From Nitrospinales bacterium (lineage in GTDB: Bacteria; Nitrospinota; Nitrospinia; Nitrospinales; VA-1): DNA of 64,000 nt. The translations under genes were made by a program, and so were the position numbers. The notes under the pieces are model-generated. The model was not told the DNA's origin. It saw nothing but the letters and a program-made list of their open reading frames with translations, and searched no databases. The DNA lies in NCBI GenBank assembly GCA_965223345.1, contig CBDCWG010000012.1, positions 1,984,001-2,048,000 of the forward strand. Reading direction: 5' to 3'. How positions within the stretch are numbered: position 1 is the stretch's first letter; the number at the start of each line of letters is the position of its first letter. Positions 18,602 through 29,308 of this stretch are shown in pieces.

Positions 18602-19322
18602 GCAAAGGCTCCAAATGTGTTACATTGCTTGAATCGGATTGTGGCTGGGGGCAATTTCAAACGAGCGTCAAAAATTTCGGGATCTTTCACAGGGGGCGGA
18701 GAAACGCTAAATAATTAAAATGGCTTCAATAATTAATTTGATTTTCAGTAGTTCGAACATTTAAAATATGCCCCTCATTGGGCCGGAGGTTCCTGATTCG
18801 TGGCAGGAAACATTCCAAAGACGGCACGCGATGCGATCGAACCTTCTGATTCCGAAAAATATCAAACGTATTTGATTTTGCCCCCTCCTTTGCAGGGCTG
18901 AATTTCCCGGAGGAAACCCATGCGCCCCAACCCCGAAATCGTTACCTGAAATGGACCGGTCTTCAGGATTCGGATAAAAACCCTTCGCGCGGGTCGGACG
19001 GATTGAGAGGCTTTGTTGCCAACACGGATTGGAACCGAATTCAAACAGGAACCGTTGCTTCGTCTTTTTGCAGCTCTTGTGAACGCGTGTCATCCCTGGA
19101 GGGAACCGAAGCCGGGTCCGAATTTGCATTGGCGCTGATCGATCAAATTGAAACAGGATCCGGGTGAATCCACCCGGTTCAGGATGGCCTGGCCGCCCAT
19201 ATTTGAGGAGACCCCGATACCGTTAAACGAATCCGAAATAAAAGTAAAGCTAAATTTTCCAAGAGGACCCGCATCGCCCGCTCAAGCTCAAACGAATATC
19301 AATCCGTTTCATTTCCGGTCTC

Positions 19323-22300
19323 ATGAACGCAATCAACAAAAAGAAACATGACGGCGGTCTCAAAATGGAACCCATAGCCATCGTCGGAACCGGATGCCGG
19401 TTACCCGGCGGAGCGAACAGCCCCGAGGCGTACTGGGATTTGCTGGCCAACGGGAGAGACGCCATCACGGAAATCCCTGCGGACCGGTGGAACGCCGAGG
19501 CCTTTTACAGCCCCAATCCCAAAGCACCGGGGAAAACCGTTTCCCGCTGGGGCGGGTTCATCGATCAGATCGACCGGTTTGACGCCCGGTTTTTCGGGAT
19601 TTCCCCGCGCGAAGCGGTGCACATGGACCCGCAGCAGAGGATTCTGCTGGAATGCGTCTGGCAGGCTCTGGAAAACGGCGGACTGGTGCCCGAAGCACTC
19701 GCCGGGACCGCCACGGGGGTGTTCATCGGTATTTCCGGAATGGAATACAGCAACCTCGTGAAGCTGGACCTGCACCGCATCGACGGTCACACCGGAACCG
19801 GGGTCGCCTTGAGCGTGTCCGCCAACCGGATTTCCTACCTCTTCGACTTGAAAGGCCCCAGCATGGTCGTCGATACGGCCTGCTCGTCCTCGCTGGTGGC
19901 GGTGCATCTTGCCTGCCGCAGCATCTGGAACGGGGAATCGACGCTGGCGCTGGCGGGGGGCGTGAATGCGATCCTGGCGCCGGACGTCACAGTCACTCTG
20001 GGCAAGGGCGGGATGCTGTCCCCGGACGGGCGCTGCAAGTCGTTCGATGCGGACGGCAACGGCTATGTACGCGGCGAAGGGGCGGGCATCGTGGTGCTCA
20101 AACCTCTGAGCCGGGCTCTCGAAGATGAAGATCCGGTGCAGGCGGTCATCCTGTCCACCGTGTCGAATCAGGACGGCCACACCACGGGCATGCCGGTTCC
20201 GGATCAGGACGCGCAGAAGCGCATGCTGCGCGACGCCTGCCGCAACGCCGGGATTTTGCCGCACCAGATCCAGTACATCGAAGCGCACGGCACCGGAACG
20301 CCGGTCGGCGATCCCATCGAAGCCAACGCACAGGGGGAGGTCCTGGCGGAAAACCGCGAGGACGGAGCGCCCTGCTACATGGGCAGCGTCAAAACCAACA
20401 TCGGCCACCTGGAGTCGGCTTCCGGCGTCGCCAGTCTCATCAAAGTGGTTCTGGCGCTGCAACACCGGCAGATTCCTCCCAACCTGCATTTCAATCGTCC
20501 CAACCCCAACATTCAGTTCGAGGTGCACCGGCTGCAGATCCCGCAGGCCCTGACACCCTGGCCCAATGGCGCCGGACCCTGCCTGGCCGGAGTCAATTCC
20601 TTCGGGTTCGGCGGCACCAACGCCAACGTGTTGCTCAAGGAAGCGCCGCAAAAACCGGCTCCATTTCCCATGCCGGAAGCACTGCGCGCAAAGCCGGTGC
20701 ATTTTCTGCCGGTGTCGGCCCGCAGTTTCGAAGCGCTCAAGGAGTTTGCGGTCCGCTACGACGACTTTCTTGCCAAGGAGGAAAACCAGAGCGAATCCTC
20801 GCTTTACAATATCTGCTACAGCGCCGGGGTGCGCCGCGGACACCAGGACTACCGGCTTGCGGTGACGGGAGAATCGGCCGGGCAGATCCGCGAGGGCTTG
20901 CAGGCGTTCGTCAAGCAGGAGAAACGGCCGCAATGGACCTCCGGCCGCAAACCGCGCGGCACGGTGACGCGGCCGGCGTTTGTGTTTTCCGGTCAGGGGC
21001 CACAGTGGTGGGCGATGGGGCGGCAGCTGCTGGAGTCGGAGCCGGTTTTCAACGACGTCATTCAGCAATGCGACTCCCTGTTCCGCCGTCATGCGGACTG
21101 GTCTTTGTTAAAGGAATTGACCGCCAGCGAGGCGGACACCCGCATTCATGAAACCTGCATCACGCAGCCTGCGATGTTTGCCCTGCAGGTGGGGCTTGCG
21201 GCTCTGTGGCGTTCCTGGGGCGTCGAGCCGGGAGCGGTGGTCGGGCACAGCGTCGGTGAAGCGGCGGCGGCGTATGTGGCGGGAATCTACAGCCTCGAGG
21301 ATGCGGTGCGCATCATCTTTCACCGGGGACGGCTGCTGCACCCCATGTATGGAAAGGGCAAGATGGCGGTGGTCGGGTTGCCTCCGCAGGAAGCGCGGCA
21401 GGCGCTCAAGGGTTACGAGAATAAAATTTCCATCGCCGCGGTCAACAGTCCCAAATCCGTCACCCTTTCCGGCGATCCGCAAGCCCTGGACGCTGTGATC
21501 GGGCCGTTGCAGGAAAAAGAGGTCTTCTGCCGCTACCTGAAAGTGCATTACGCGTTTCACAGCCACCAGATGGAGCCGGCGCGCAAAGGACTGTTGGAAT
21601 CCATACAAGGCATCCGCCCGCAATCGGGAAGCGTTCCTTTTTATTCTACCGTGCGCGGCGCGCGGCTGGAAGGCGAGGCCCTGGGTCCGGATTACTGGTG
21701 GGACAATGTGCGCCAGCCGGTGCTGTTTTACAAAGCCATCGAACACATGATCGACGACGAGAGCGACGTGTTCCTCGAGGTGGGGCCGCATCCGGTGCTC
21801 AGCGCCAACATCTCGGAATGCTTTTCGCGGATGAAGCGGCAGGGCGTGGTGCTGCCGTCGCTCAGGCACAACGAAAACGACCGCAAGGTGCTGCTCGGCT
21901 CGCTCGGCAACCTGTACTGCCGCGGCCAGGCTGTGGACTGGAAAAACGTGTATCCGCACGGCGGGCAGTGCGTGTCGCTGCCGTATTATCCCTGGCAGCG
22001 GGAGCGGTTCTGGCACGAGCGCGACGAAAAGGGCGTGGACCCGTTTGCGGACAACGTGCATCCATTTCTCGGCCGCAAGATGGAAAATGCGGAATCGTCC
22101 TGGCAGGCGCGGGTGGACCGGCGGGAACACACCTACCTCGGTGATCACAACGTCAAGGGGGCGATGGTGTTCCCCGGAGCCGGGCTCATCGAGCTCGGGC
22201 TGGCCGCCGCAAGCCACCGTTTCGAGGACTCGGCGTGGACCCTCGGTGCGATCGAATTTCACAACGCCCTGATCCTTCCCCGCAACCGCGGCGTGAAGAT

Positions 22301-25300
22301 CCAGACCACGCTCGACCCGGTGGATTCCTCGATCAAGGTCCACAGTCTGTCCGACAAGGCTCAGTCCCTGTGGACCCTGCATGCGAGCGGAACGGTGGAA
22401 GCGCTGACCGGTCCCAGGGTGTGCACGGTGGACCCTGAGGAAATCAAAGCCCGCTGCGCGCAAGAAGTGTCGGTGGACGAGCTGTACGGCGATTTCGAAC
22501 GCATCGGCCTGAGTTACGGCCCGGCGTTCCGCGGCATTGCCCGTTGCTGGAAAGGAGAGGGCGAGGCGCTGGGCAGGATCGAGAAACCCGCGGAACTGGA
22601 ATCGGAGACGGCGGCCTACCACCTGCATCCCGCCATTCTGGATGCGGGGTTTCAGGTTTCGGCGCTGCTCGTTTCCGATGCGGACGCTGCCCTCAAAAAA
22701 CTGTTTCTGCCGGTGGGCGTCGATAAGGTGCATTTTTACGGCTCACCGCCGCAATCCTTGTGGGCGCATGTGAAAAAAATCCGCTTCAACGCCCACATGG
22801 CGGAACTGGATGTGCGCCTGTTCGACGATTCGGGCCGGGTCTGGGCGGAATGCCTGGGGCTCAAGTGCCGGGCGGTCGAAGGGCCGAAAACCCGGGACCT
22901 GGACAATCCGGAAAACTGGCTGTACGAATGGCAGTGGGAACCGGCCGATGAAAAAGGCTCAGCTGGCCTCTTGGATGCGGGCGAGGCGCTTCCCTCCATT
23001 GAAGAGGTGGTGCGTGCGGTCGAGGCCGAACCGCAACCGGGCCCTGCGAATTCTTATTCCGAGACGGTGAAGCCCGAGCTGGACGGGCTGGCGGCATCCT
23101 ATATCCAGAAGGCGTTCAAGGATCTCGGCGGCAGCCTGAAGGATTGCGCCGCCTACTCGAACGGGGCGCTGGAACAGTTCCTGATGCTGGACCAGGGGGC
23201 GTCGTCGGTGCTGGAGCCGGGCATCAAAATCCTGAAAGACGGCAACATTCTCGTTTATAAAGAAGACCGCTGGACGACGAACGGCGCGCATGCCCAGGAA
23301 GACCCGCAAACCCTGTGGCGGTCGTTGATCCGCAAATTCCCCGGATACCTGCCCGAACTGAACCTGATCCGCACGCTGGGCGAAAACTATGGCCGGATTT
23401 TGAAGGGCGAGGTCGAGGGCGTGCTGCAGTTGCTTCCCGAGACCGACCCGGTCTGGGAGCATTTCTTTCAGGACGCCCACAGCGTCCAGAACAGCAACCG
23501 CATCGTCCGCAAAATCGCGGCGCACATCGCCGATTCACTGCCGGCGGATCGCAAGCTCCGGATTCTGGAAATCGGCGGCGCCTCGGCGGGGCTGACCACG
23601 CACGTTCTCGGCGGGCTGGATCCTGAAAAAGTGGAATACGTGTTCTCCGACCCGGACGAAAAGTGGGTGGAGAAGGCGCGGCAGAAGTTCCGCGAATATC
23701 CGTTCGTGGACTGCCGGGTTGGCGATCTGAGCGATGATTCCAGCGGGCTGGAGACGCACGGGTACGATTTGATCCTCGCTTCCTTCCTGCAGCCGGGTTC
23801 GGACCCGACCGGGGAGGATCTGCAACACATCAAACGCCTGTTGTCCTCGCAAGGGCTGTTGCTTTGTCTGGGAAAAACCCAGGCGGCGGGCTGGCAGGAT
23901 TGGGTGCTCCGGACCCGTTCTAAAAAACACTCGCTTGCAGAACCGGAAAAACTGGAAGAGCAGCTCGCGCAGGCGGGCTTTGCCGCCCCGACCTGCCTGA
24001 GCCCGGAAAACGCCGCCCGCTCTCAGGAGCAGACCGTCATCCTGGCTCAGGGGCCCAAACTGGCCGAGCCGGTCAGCGTCAAAAAGCCCGGCCATGTGAA
24101 ACCGAAAACGCCCGGCAGCTGGGTTCTCTTCTGCGACGAACAGGGTGAAGGCGAACGCCTGGCGGATCTGTTGCATCAAGCGGGCGAGCGGTGCCTGCTG
24201 GTGCGGCCGGATGACAGCTTCAAGAAACAGGATGCGCGCCGGGTCACAATCCGGCCGGAATGCCTGGAAGACATGGAACCGCTGCTCGATCTGGCCACAC
24301 AGGAAGGCGGCCGATTGCGCGGCGTGGTGCATTTGTGGGGCCTGGATTTTCCCGCACCCGCGAAACTCAATGCCGCATCGCTTGAAACCGCGGAAGCGCA
24401 GGGGAATCTCTGCATCGTGCATCTGGTCAACGAGCTGGCGCACAACAACTGGGAAGAAGCGCCGCGCTTGTTTCTCGTGACCCGGGGAAGCCAGGATGCG
24501 GGGCATGCCGGACCCGGACTTTCTGTGGCGCAGGCTCCGATCTGGGGACTGGGGCAGGTCGTGCAATCCGAACATCCCAATCTGCGCTGCCGGCTGGTGG
24601 ACCTGGACCCGAAAAACCGGGATACAGAAACCCTGTTCGAAGAAATTTTTCTGGAAGAGGCTGCGGAAGAGGTCGCCCACCGGCAAGGGCGGCGCTATGT
24701 GCGCCGGCTGGTGCGGCCCAAACCGAGTTACCTCAACATCGACAACCCCGCGTCTGCGGGAGCGGAATCGCCTGCGTACCGGCTGGAAATCGGCGCGCCG
24801 GGCATTCTGGACGATTTCAAGGTCGTGCCGCACAGCCGCAAACCGCCGGGACGCGGTGAGGTCGAAATCCAGGTGCAGGCGGCCGGTGTCAATTTCCGCG
24901 ATGTGATGATCGCCATGGGCATGCTGCCCGGCGAGCTGGAAGGGGTGAACGAGGCCTGGGAAACGCTGGGGCTCGAATGCGCGGGCCGCGTCAGTGCGGT
25001 CGGCGAAGGCGTCGAGGAATTCAAGCCCGGCGATGCGGTGCTCTCGCTGTGCGGAGGCGGCGCTTTCGGCTCCCACGTCACCGTCCCGGCGTTCGCAACC
25101 GTTTTGAAACCGGAGCGATTGAGTTTTGAAGATGCGGCCACTGTGCCGGTGACCTTTCTGACCGCCTGGTACATGCTGCACCGGGCGGGCCGGCTGCGCG
25201 CGGGCGAGCGCGTGCTGATCCACGCCGCTGCGGGCGGTGTGGGGCTGGCGGCGGTGCAGGTCGCCCAGCTGGCGGGCGCGGAGGTGTACGCCACGGCGGG

Positions 25301-26996
25301 CAGCCCGGAAAAAAGAGGATTCCTGCGCGCCCTCGGCGTGAAACACGTGTTCAATTCAAGGACGCTGGAGTTTGCGGATCAGATTCTGGAAGCGACGCAG
25401 GGCGAAGGGGTGGATGTGGTGCTCAATTCGCTTTCCGGCCCGTTCATCGCCAAAAGCGTCGGCATCCTCAAACCGTTCGGACGGTTTCTGGAGATCGGCA
25501 AACGCGATATCTACGAAAACAACAAGGTCGGGCTCAAACCGTTCCTCAAGGGGCTTTCGTTCATCACCATGGTGGACATCAAGCAGGGCTTTGCGGAGTT
25601 CGGGCAGGAGTTCCGCTCGATTTTTCTGGAAATCATGCGCCACATCGAGGAAGGCAACCTGCATCCGCTGCCGCACCGGGTGTTTCCCCTTTCCAATGTC
25701 GCCGGTGGATTCCGCACCATGGCGCAGGCGCGCCACATGGGCAAGGTCGTGGTTTCCCTGATGGAGAGCGACCTCAAGGTCGTCTGGGAATCCGATGCGA
25801 TGGCGCGGTTTGCTGCGGACGCCACCTACTGCATCACCGGCGGTCTGGGCGGGTTCGGCCTGACCACCGCCCAGTGGATGGTCGCGCAGGGCGCGCGGCA
25901 TCTCGCGCTCGTGGGACGCAGCGGCGCCGATTCGGACGACGCTTTGGCGGCGGTGGCCGCCATGAAGGAAGCGGGCGCCGATGTGCAGGTGATCTCCGCG
26001 GATGTAAGCCGGTCCGAGGATGTGGAGCGCGTTCTCAAACGCATCGAATCGGGTATGCCTCCGCTCAAGGGCGTGATCCACGCGGCGATGGTGCTGGACG
26101 ACGGGCTTCTGGTCCACATGACGCCGCAACGCTTCCACCGCGTGATGGCGCCGAAGGTGCTGGGAGCCTGGAACCTGCACCAGCAGACGCTGAACGCTCC
26201 GCTGGATTTTTTCATCCTGTTTTCCTCGATCGCCAATGTGATCGGCAGTCCCGGGCAGGGCAACTATGTGGCGGCCAATGCGTTTCTGCAGGCGCTCGCG
26301 CGGCACCGCCGCTCGCAAGGGTTGGCCGGGCAGGTCATCCACTGGGCGCCGCTCACGGAAGTGGGCATCGCGGCGCGGCAGAACCTCAACGAACGGCTGG
26401 AGGGGCAGGGCGTGCTCAGCCTGTCCCCGCAGCAGGCGGTGGACATGCTGGGACGGCTGATCGAGCAAAATCCCGCCGAGATGGCGGTGTTCCCGGTCAA
26501 GTGGGGCAAGCTGTTGTCACTCACGCGCTCATCCAAAGTGCCCGCGAAATTTTTGCACGTGCACGGAGAGGAATCCCTGAAAGATCTGGGCGCCGATGCG
26601 AACGGCGATGCGGAAGAACCGTTCCGGCCCAAACTCATGAGCGCCCCGCCCGAGGAGCGGCCCGAACTGCTCGCCGAGCATCTCAGGAAATCGATCGCCA
26701 AGGTGCTGGGGCTGTCGCCGGCCAAGCTGGAGCTGGATCAACCGCTCACCGATGTGGGGCTCGATTCCCTCATGGCCATGGAGTTGATCGTGCGCATCGA
26801 AATGGATCTCGAGATCACCGTCCCCGTGGTGCGGTTTCTCGGCGGGCCGAGCATCGAGCAGATGGTGCCCTGGCTGATCGAGGAGATGAACCTCAACGCC
26901 GCCGAAACGCCGGAAGATTCCCTGGACGGCGGGGATTTCGATCAAGGCCCGGAAAAAATGGCGGCCGAACCGGAGAAACAGACGGAGGAGGTGTGA
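19323..26996 (+). CDS. Single-module highly reducing type I polyketide synthase, KS-AT-DH-pseudoMT-ER-KR-ACP
   Basis: KS DTACSSS/EAHGTGT/NIGHLE; AT GQGPQW, GHSVG, YAFHS; DH HNVKGAMVFP and HPAILD; degenerate MT LEIGGASAG; ER LIHAAAGGVG; KR ITGGLGGFG, LDD, GQGNYVAAN; ACP GLDSLM; no TE or reductase domain. Confidence 0.95.
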   Translation: MNAINKKKHDGGLKMEPIAIVGTGCRLPGGANSPEAYWDLLANGRDAITEIPADRWNAEAFYSPNPKAPGKTVSRWGGFIDQIDRFDARFFGISPREAVHMDPQQRILLECVWQALENGGLVPEALAGTATGVFIGISGMEYSNLVKLDLHRIDGHTGTGVALSVSANRISYLFDLKGPSMVVDTACSSSLVAVHLACRSIWNGESTLALAGGVNAILAPDVTVTLGKGGMLSPDGRCKSFDADGNGYVRGEGAGIVVLKPLSRALEDEDPVQAVILSTVSNQDGHTTGMPVPDQDAQKRMLRDACRNAGILPHQIQYIEAHGTGTPVGDPIEANAQGEVLAENREDGAPCYMGSVKTNIGHLESASGVASLIKVVLALQHRQIPPNLHFNRPNPNIQFEVHRLQIPQALTPWPNGAGPCLAGVNSFGFGGTNANVLLKEAPQKPAPFPMPEALRAKPVHFLPVSARSFEALKEFAVRYDDFLAKEENQSESSLYNICYSAGVRRGHQDYRLAVTGESAGQIREGLQAFVKQEKRPQWTSGRKPRGTVTRPAFVFSGQGPQWWAMGRQLLESEPVFNDVIQQCDSLFRRHADWSLLKELTASEADTRIHETCITQPAMFALQVGLAALWRSWGVEPGAVVGHSVGEAAAAYVAGIYSLEDAVRIIFHRGRLLHPMYGKGKMAVVGLPPQEARQALKGYENKISIAAVNSPKSVTLSGDPQALDAVIGPLQEKEVFCRYLKVHYAFHSHQMEPARKGLLESIQGIRPQSGSVPFYSTVRGARLEGEALGPDYWWDNVRQPVLFYKAIEHMIDDESDVFLEVGPHPVLSANISECFSRMKRQGVVLPSLRHNENDRKVLLGSLGNLYCRGQAVDWKNVYPHGGQCVSLPYYPWQRERFWHERDEKGVDPFADNVHPFLGRKMENAESSWQARVDRREHTYLGDHNVKGAMVFPGAGLIELGLAAASHRFEDSAWTLGAIEFHNALILPRNRGVKIQTTLDPVDSSIKVHSLSDKAQSLWTLHASGTVEALTGPRVCTVDPEEIKARCAQEVSVDELYGDFERIGLSYGPAFRGIARCWKGEGEALGRIEKPAELESETAAYHLHPAILDAGFQVSALLVSDADAALKKLFLPVGVDKVHFYGSPPQSLWAHVKKIRFNAHMAELDVRLFDDSGRVWAECLGLKCRAVEGPKTRDLDNPENWLYEWQWEPADEKGSAGLLDAGEALPSIEEVVRAVEAEPQPGPANSYSETVKPELDGLAASYIQKAFKDLGGSLKDCAAYSNGALEQFLMLDQGASSVLEPGIKILKDGNILVYKEDRWTTNGAHAQEDPQTLWRSLIRKFPGYLPELNLIRTLGENYGRILKGEVEGVLQLLPETDPVWEHFFQDAHSVQNSNRIVRKIAAHIADSLPADRKLRILEIGGASAGLTTHVLGGLDPEKVEYVFSDPDEKWVEKARQKFREYPFVDCRVGDLSDDSSGLETHGYDLILASFLQPGSDPTGEDLQHIKRLLSSQGLLLCLGKTQAAGWQDWVLRTRSKKHSLAEPEKLEEQLAQAGFAAPTCLSPENAARSQEQTVILAQGPKLAEPVSVKKPGHVKPKTPGSWVLFCDEQGEGERLADLLHQAGERCLLVRPDDSFKKQDARRVTIRPECLEDMEPLLDLATQEGGRLRGVVHLWGLDFPAPAKLNAASLETAEAQGNLCIVHLVNELAHNNWEEAPRLFLVTRGSQDAGHAGPGLSVAQAPIWGLGQVVQSEHPNLRCRLVDLDPKNRDTETLFEEIFLEEAAEEVAHRQGRRYVRRLVRPKPSYLNIDNPASAGAESPAYRLEIGAPGILDDFKVVPHSRKPPGRGEVEIQVQAAGVNFRDVMIAMGMLPGELEGVNEAWETLGLECAGRVSAVGEGVEEFKPGDAVLSLCGGGAFGSHVTVPAFATVLKPERLSFEDAATVPVTFLTAWYMLHRAGRLRAGERVLIHAAAGGVGLAAVQVAQLAGAEVYATAGSPEKRGFLRALGVKHVFNSRTLEFADQILEATQGEGVDVVLNSLSGPFIAKSVGILKPFGRFLEIGKRDIYENNKVGLKPFLKGLSFITMVDIKQGFAEFGQEFRSIFLEIMRHIEEGNLHPLPHRVFPLSNVAGGFRTMAQARHMGKVVVSLMESDLKVVWESDAMARFAADATYCITGGLGGFGLTTAQWMVAQGARHLALVGRSGADSDDALAAVAAMKEAGADVQVISADVSRSEDVERVLKRIESGMPPLKGVIHAAMVLDDGLLVHMTPQRFHRVMAPKVLGAWNLHQQTLNAPLDFFILFSSIANVIGSPGQGNYVAANAFLQALARHRRSQGLAGQVIHWAPLTEVGIAARQNLNERLEGQGVLSLSPQQAVDMLGRLIEQNPAEMAVFPVKWGKLLSLTRSSKVPAKFLHVHGEESLKDLGADANGDAEEPFRPKLMSAPPEERPELLAEHLRKSIAKVLGLSPAKLELDQPLTDVGLDSLMAMELIVRIEMDLEITVPVVRFLGGPSIEQMVPWLIEEMNLNAAETPEDSLDGGDFDQGPEKMAAEPEKQTEEV

Positions 26997-27141
26997 ACGC
27001 CGCTCCGCTGACGACGCACGCTCACGGTTTTTAACGCAAACGCATTCCTGTACGCTGGGCCGGCGCCGGACCGGCTGACCCCCTGTTCGAATTCGACCGC
27101 GTTGAACGGGGAACTCTCCCCAAACTGAAAAGGTGTCGCCG

Positions 27142-27804
27142 ATGTCCTTCGGATTGTTGAGCGAAAAAAACAAACTTTGGTTTTCCAACCTGGTTGCGCC
27201 GATGGGCGGCACGCTGGACCGGCTGGGCGTGCACGCCAACACGCTGTCGCTGTGCGGGCTCCTGCTCAGCGCCGGGGCGGGCTGGGTTTACGGCCTGGGA
27301 TCGTTCTTCTGGGGCAGCTGGCTCGTGGTGTTTGCGGGGATCTGCGACATTCTCGACGGCCAGGTGGCGCGGCGCAACGGCACGAATTCGCTGTTCGGGG
27401 CTTTTCTCGACAGCACGCTGGACCGCATCAGCGAACTGTTCATCTTTCTGGGGCTGGCCTGGTACTTCGCCCAGGGCGGAGACTGGGTGCCGCCGGCCGC
27501 AGCCGCGCTCGGGCTCAACCTCAAGGCCTGGGCGGTGGTGCTTATTCTGTGGGCGCTCGCCAGTTCCTACCTCGTCAGCTACACCCGCGCCCGCGCCGAG
27601 GGGCTGAACGTACAATGCAAAGTCGGAGCGCTGCAACGGCCGGAGCGGATCGTCCTTTTGATTTTAGGTTCGTGGCTCGCCTGCATTCCCAATGTCGGCC
27701 CGTTCATGATGCTCGCCTGCATTTTCATCATCGCGGCGCTCAGCAGCTTCACCGTGATCCAGAGGATGATCCATGTCAAGCGGGAGCTCTCCCGCAATCC
27801 CTGA
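27142..27804 (+). CDS. CDP-alcohol phosphatidyltransferase, phosphatidylinositol(-phosphate) synthase type
   Basis: DILDGQVARRNGTNSLFGAFLDSTLDRISE motif plus SYTRARAEGL...GALQRPER, typical of PIP synthases. Confidence 0.85.
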   Translation: MSFGLLSEKNKLWFSNLVAPMGGTLDRLGVHANTLSLCGLLLSAGAGWVYGLGSFFWGSWLVVFAGICDILDGQVARRNGTNSLFGAFLDSTLDRISELFIFLGLAWYFAQGGDWVPPAAAALGLNLKAWAVVLILWALASSYLVSYTRARAEGLNVQCKVGALQRPERIVLLILGSWLACIPNVGPFMMLACIFIIAALSSFTVIQRMIHVKRELSRNP

Positions 27805-29295
27805 ACCGCCGCGCGCGGTTTTCCACAGCTCCGGCAGTTTTCTCACCAGCAGGATCAGAATCCCAAGCAGAATTGCGTTTCTCAGGTTGAGCAACAGGAT
27901 CATCGGCGGCTTGAACTGCTCTAAAAACACGTAGAGATGCGGGAAGATCGCCTGCGTCATCGCGGTGGCCGCAAGAAACCACCCGCCCGTTGGCATGAGA
28001 TCCGTGCGGACGGCCACCAGCACCGCCATCAGCGGGCCCACCCACAGCAGGTATTGCGGGGAAAACACCTTGTTGGTCAGGATGAAGGCCAGCAGAAAGA
28101 TCAGGCTGAGCAGATACACGGGAAACACCCGATCCGTGTCCGCTTTCTTCCAGGCTTCCCGGCTTCGATAGACCCGCCACGCGATCCACAAAGACAGCGC
28201 CGAAAACAGATAGAGCGGCAGTTTTCGAAACAGCTCCGAATGCGAGAACTCGAGATTGCTGGAGCTGAAGGTGAACACTTGCGTCACTTCATACCCGGCC
28301 CACCAGTTCGCCAGCAGGATGAGCCCGGCGTACAGCGTTTCGATCTGGATGCCGCGCTCCATGTGGTAGGTGAAGCTCGCCCAGTAGCCGTCGCCCCAGA
28401 GCATCCAGAATCCCAGGTTCAAAAAGACGAGACCCGCCGTGAGCCCAAAGCATGTGGCGAGGGCCGAGCGCCAGTCCGGTCCCGGAGTTTTTAAAAACAC
28501 GAGCGCGAGCAGCGCTGCGGGAATCACCAGGCCGGGAACGATTTTGGTGAGGACGCCGACGGCGGTGACGAGGCCGAACGCGGCGAACAGGAGAAGGGCT
28601 TTTCTTCCTTCGCTGTGAACGGCGGCGCGGAAAACCCACAGGGCGAGCAACACGGCAGTGACGACCGCATGGTCGAAACGGGTGACGGCGATGCAGCCGA
28701 AGCACAGCAGAAAAGCCAGCGATCCCCAGAGCGTGCGCTGGATTGCAGCCCTGGTTGGCCGGCCTGCGGTGAGCAGGTGCAGCGCGAGATAGAGATTCAA
28801 GCCGTACAAAAGCCCCAGCCAGGCGGCCAGCCAGAACCGGTACTCGCGGAAATCCTCGGCGATCAACGCCGGGGGGACGAGCACGAGAAACGCTCCGGGC
28901 TGATACTCGACCGGCACGTCGCGATACGGCCAGGGACGCCGGTTTTCGAACTGCCTGCCGTCGTTCCAGATCCAGTGCGTGGCGTCGCCGCGCAGCAGCA
29001 GCTTGGCGTAGCGGTAGTACAGGCGGGATTCGTGATGGTGGTGGAAGAAGAATTTGATCAGCCCGATGTGCCCGTGTTCTTCGATGATGAAGTCGTAGGT
29101 CTTCATATAGGCATCCATCGAATTGCTTTCCAGGCTCGCATCGATGGATTGCATTTCCTTGATCGTGAAACCCAGCTGGAACAGCCACAGGAAAGTGACG
29201 ACGTGCAGCAGGCAGGCGATGATGGCGGAAGGGGATTTCAGTCCGTGACGGAAAGGGGAGGATGCGGGGTTCGCGATGGGTTGCGCCGGGTCCAA
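27664..29295 (-). CDS. GT-C membrane glycosyltransferase, GT87/DUF2029 family (PIG-M-like motifs)
   Basis: PYRDVPVEYQP, RFD, TKIVP, ERGIQIE, TNKVFSPQYLLW; multiple TM helices. Confidence 0.8.
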   Translation of the reverse strand: MDPAQPIANPASSPFRHGLKSPSAIIACLLHVVTFLWLFQLGFTIKEMQSIDASLESNSMDAYMKTYDFIIEEHGHIGLIKFFFHHHHESRLYYRYAKLLLRGDATHWIWNDGRQFENRRPWPYRDVPVEYQPGAFLVLVPPALIAEDFREYRFWLAAWLGLLYGLNLYLALHLLTAGRPTRAAIQRTLWGSLAFLLCFGCIAVTRFDHAVVTAVLLALWVFRAAVHSEGRKALLLFAAFGLVTAVGVLTKIVPGLVIPAALLALVFLKTPGPDWRSALATCFGLTAGLVFLNLGFWMLWGDGYWASFTYHMERGIQIETLYAGLILLANWWAGYEVTQVFTFSSSNLEFSHSELFRKLPLYLFSALSLWIAWRVYRSREAWKKADTDRVFPVYLLSLIFLLAFILTNKVFSPQYLLWVGPLMAVLVAVRTDLMPTGGWFLAATAMTQAIFPHLYVFLEQFKPPMILLLNLRNAILLGILILLVRKLPELWKTARGGSGIAGELPLDMDHPLDHGEAAERRDDENAGEHHERADIGNAGEPRT

Positions 29296-29308
29296 ACGTC
29301 GGTTTTGG

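Noticed and set aside
19401..26468. Long antisense ORFs over the PKS, and similar ones over most genes
   Set aside because: Typical antisense shadows of GC-rich coding DNA with no recognisable motifs.
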